Below are positions 60,847 through 64,000 of a DNA stretch of 64,000 bases, piece after piece. This stretch comes from Takakia lepidozioides (lineage: Eukaryota; Plantae; Bryophyta). The translations under genes and the position numbers were made by a program. Within the stretch, counting starts at the first letter, position 1. The number at the start of each line of letters is the position of its first letter. Under the pieces are notes generated by a model, which did no database searches, was not told where the DNA came from, and was given only the letters and a program-made list of their open reading frames with translations. The stretch is taken from NCBI GenBank assembly GCA_030704615.1, contig CM060732.1:52762001-52826000 (forward strand), in the 5' to 3' direction.

Positions 60847-61563
60847 TCAGTAGACGTGATTTCGATCTATTGGTGGGCCGGAAGATTTGCAGGAATTCTT
60901 GCCGACATAATCAACAACAGACTGGGCTCCAATCAAGCCCGAGAGAAAATGCCACAATGCTTTGGTGAGGTCAACCAAATCCTCCAAATTGCTTGATTCC
61001 TTGAATATGATGGGGAAGACTCCAGTATTCACTAGGTTTCGGAGTGCCTTGGATGGGTCATCGTCGACCAGTAGAATTTGCCCCTGCCTAGCAAATTCTT
61101 TCCCACTAAATTTTACGAGAATACTCTTAATATCTTTAATAAGATATTTCATTCCAGGCTTAATATGTCCAGCTGTATCTGTACAATGCTCGGCAGACCA
61201 TATGAAACGAAATTGTTTCATAATTTCCGGAGGAACGAAACACTCCAACATCTTGAATACAGTATCCCTCTCAGAGCAAGACCGAATCACTACATGAAAA
61301 TGAGTCAATGCAAGTCGAAGAAACTCCAACACTCCAAGTCTTGGAACCACAAATGGTTTTGCGGACACCCGAATTGTTACTTTCCTCAAGTGGAACCTCC
61401 GTTTAAACAACTCACCTCCAGTAGGAGGTGGCATGTAGCAAAGAAGTCCATTGACACTCAGTACCAGCAACATGCATTTGTGTTTCCGGACACCACACAT
61501 TTCTTGAGTAACAACGTTCTGAACCATCCAAAAGAGCCCATTAGTTTCTGTTATTTGACCCAA
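60847..61563 (-). pseudogene. FCP1/NIF (HAD-like phosphatase) homology domain, catalytic motif degenerate
   Basis: LLVLSVNGLL (DxD/N motif position), R.GV.EFL...F.VVI, LIKDI, ILLVDDDPSKALRN..NTGVFP; no introns. Confidence 0.7.
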
Positions 61564-63099
61564 AAATTAGGTATTTCCAATATATCTTGCAACTCAAAAA
61601 ATGCTACGACATACTTGCGTTTTGTGGTTTACCTAGTTTCTATACCCTGATTTTCAAATGTAATATTTTGCGAAAGAGGTCCTAACTCAGCATTACGACA
61701 CCCAATTGAGACTTGAGACAAAAAAGCACAATCGGGGGTCTCTGATTTTCCTGCAAACCACGGGCGATCGCGCGAGTAAAGTTGTGTCGACAATGTAAAT
61801 GATATATGTAATGATTACTAGGAAGCCAAAACCAATAAGATAGAGGACCAAGTGAAGGATATCACTTATTACCTTTGTTAGATTTACCCTTCGATTTTGA
61901 GGCAGGTTACCACTAGAGGCAGGTGAATGTTGAAGGGATAATAGAACGTCAGATGCTGTTTTTTCATCGTCGGACACGACCGCTGTTGACTGTTGTGATC
62001 TGTGACGTTTCCTTGACACTGGACCATCCGGAATTCTGGGGGGTTGGGGATGTGCAGAAATATTTGCCGGTCTTGTCGGTGTGCTGACCTCTGTCGGCGA
62101 ATGAGTGAGTTCAATAACCTTCTCGCTGACGGTTGGCAATGGAATTCGGTTTCATTCTTTCTGCACATCCTGAACCGAATTCAAACGGAAAAAAATGGAT
62201 TACCTTGGAACACAACCCCACAGAAGTTGCCGCTTCAAAGGAATGTATGTTGCAGCTTGTCTGGCCTGGAGTAAAGAGAGAAAATTAGAGGATGAACAGA
62301 AACACGGTAACAATAAAACGCATGGATGAAATAGAATTAAGTCACTTGACTTCTCAGCAGCTGAGGTATCAAGCCCTCGTGATCCGGTGACCCGCTTGGA
62401 ATTACGACATGATGAGGAGGCAATTCAGCGATAGTTGCAACCAATTGTTCGGTAGACTCATATAAATGCCCCGTGACGGCGTCTGGTGGAAAGTGTTGGA
62501 ATAAGGACGGCTCCAAAGAGGATTCCCCAAGATATTGAGAGTCGTTTTCCACTATGCAGCCAACCCCAGTTAAATCATCGACCCTGCTAACGGTGGATTC
62601 ACCTTTTGACATTTTTAGCCTCGAAACAACATCTGAAACACTAATGGGATCACTCTCCATAACAACAATGGATGCCTGAGTAAACAACAAGTTGTCAGAT
62701 CCTTGGAAAGCTTCTGGCCTGATCATTTCTACATCGTCAACAATATCAGACGATATTGTTTCGCCAATCGGAGATGCATTTGTGGCATGGAGAACATATT
62801 GATATAGACATACCTGCAAATAAAATATATGTCAACAAAGTAGTAAATTTGAGTTGGAATAACGCGTGATCACGCGTGGTTCCGAAAAGAAATCGACGGA
62901 CATAAAGGAACAACGAATCCATTGACCGTTACATATGATTTGGCAATATAACAATTTTCATGCAAAGCAAAAGAATATCAAAAGAAGACTGAAATTCCAT
63001 GGTCTTCACAATCAATTTTAAATAGTAAACTGTGTCCACAGTAGGACGTGAATATTTACTTATCATTTACTCGAAAATCACGATATTATGAATTGTCAA

Positions 63100-63505
63100 T
63101 ATAGTCAAGAAGAGGCTTGAACTGTGGATCGTTAACTTTGAAAGGTGGAAAGCCTATTCTCCTTGCTTTCAAGAAGCTCGAAACATTCTCAAATTTCAAG
63201 AAGCTAAGCAAGAAATCTCTAAGTTTGAGAAGGAAGAAATCGTCGACGTCGATGTTCTCAAAAGACTTGAGAAGAAGACAAGATTAAGGAGGGTTCAGCA
63301 AACACTTCAAAGCCGTATCATCAATCAGCAGAGTGTTACTCTGATTGTAAAAACCTTCAGAACTCTGCCATACTTTAATGAGTGGTTTCAAGAACACATG
63401 AGGTTGATCTTGTCCCGTTCGGTAATTTGGGTGCAGATTGCTTGGGCAAATGATACTACAGGCGATGCAAGCAGGGTCCCTGGTATCAGAGTTGGCTTCC
63501 TTCAA
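63100..63505 (-). pseudogene. Second FCP1/NIF-like domain remnant (C-terminal half)
   Basis: VFLKPLIKVW...YNQSNTLLIDDTALKCLLNPP*; the frame continues past the stop (...DDFFLLKLRDFL...IGFPPF). Confidence 0.62.
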
Positions 63506-64000
63506 TACTGCTCTTGTAAGTCCTCCTTTCTTGGCCGGTGTTTGTCAAGTCTGTGTATGCTATTGCGCCCCCCTCCCATGGCAATGCAGTGTGTATTCTG
63601 TGTTATGTTTGGCAGCTACCCTCCATTGTAGGAAGAGATAGCAGGTGTCACATCGAAGCAAGGATAGAAAAGAGTTTGCAGACACATTTCAATTCCAATG
63701 CTGCTTGCAGCTCTTAAGGCGCTGGACGGTAAAGCCTGGTAACTCGGAGCTGTCTTCAAAGCATGTAGCTTTTTGTCACCGGTGGTATTATTCACTGTAC
63801 AAGCCTAGAATTTTGAATTCAAAGAGGGATTGTGCACACCGAGGACCTTGACCAAAGATACCAGCGCAGGAGCGGAATCAATGAATGCAGCACTCTATTT
63901 GATGCCACAGCTGAGGAGGTACTGTCAGCTTGATTTATGTGCAATGTAACGACTAAAGTTGCACAATTACTTTGGAGCGTGTCGGTATGCCTTGGTATGT

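Overview
Eukaryotic, intron-containing land-plant DNA. It looks bryophyte-like, inferred only from gene and transposon content. 1-23.6 kb is a nested transposon cluster: a frameshifted hAT transposase with TIR and subterminal repeats, an 8.85-kb Ty3/gypsy-type retroelement with a PHD finger, a LINE ORF1 relic split by a hAT MITE and a Mutator-like foldback element, and small retroposed inserts. 24-55 kb holds four host genes: PPD5 (-), a 103-aa protein of unknown function (+), thylakoid TerC (-) and a 13-exon SERK (+). The TerC introns contain about seven co-oriented copies of one RTE/RTEX-like LINE stacked at (TC)n tracts. 56-64 kb is a degenerate island with a nuclease-like fragment, a tRNA-SINE, two FCP1/NIF-like pseudo-domains and a recurring 18-bp CG-rich palindrome. 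The most notable observation is the gypsy element. It encodes a DDE integrase and has TG...CA ends with a 4-bp TSD, but it lacks two equal LTRs. Instead it has split direct repeats (X-internal-Y-gc-X-t-Y). This is what a 2-LTR circle opened at an internal palindrome (GACAGCTGTC) would produce. It also has a self-complementary rather than tRNA-type PBS.
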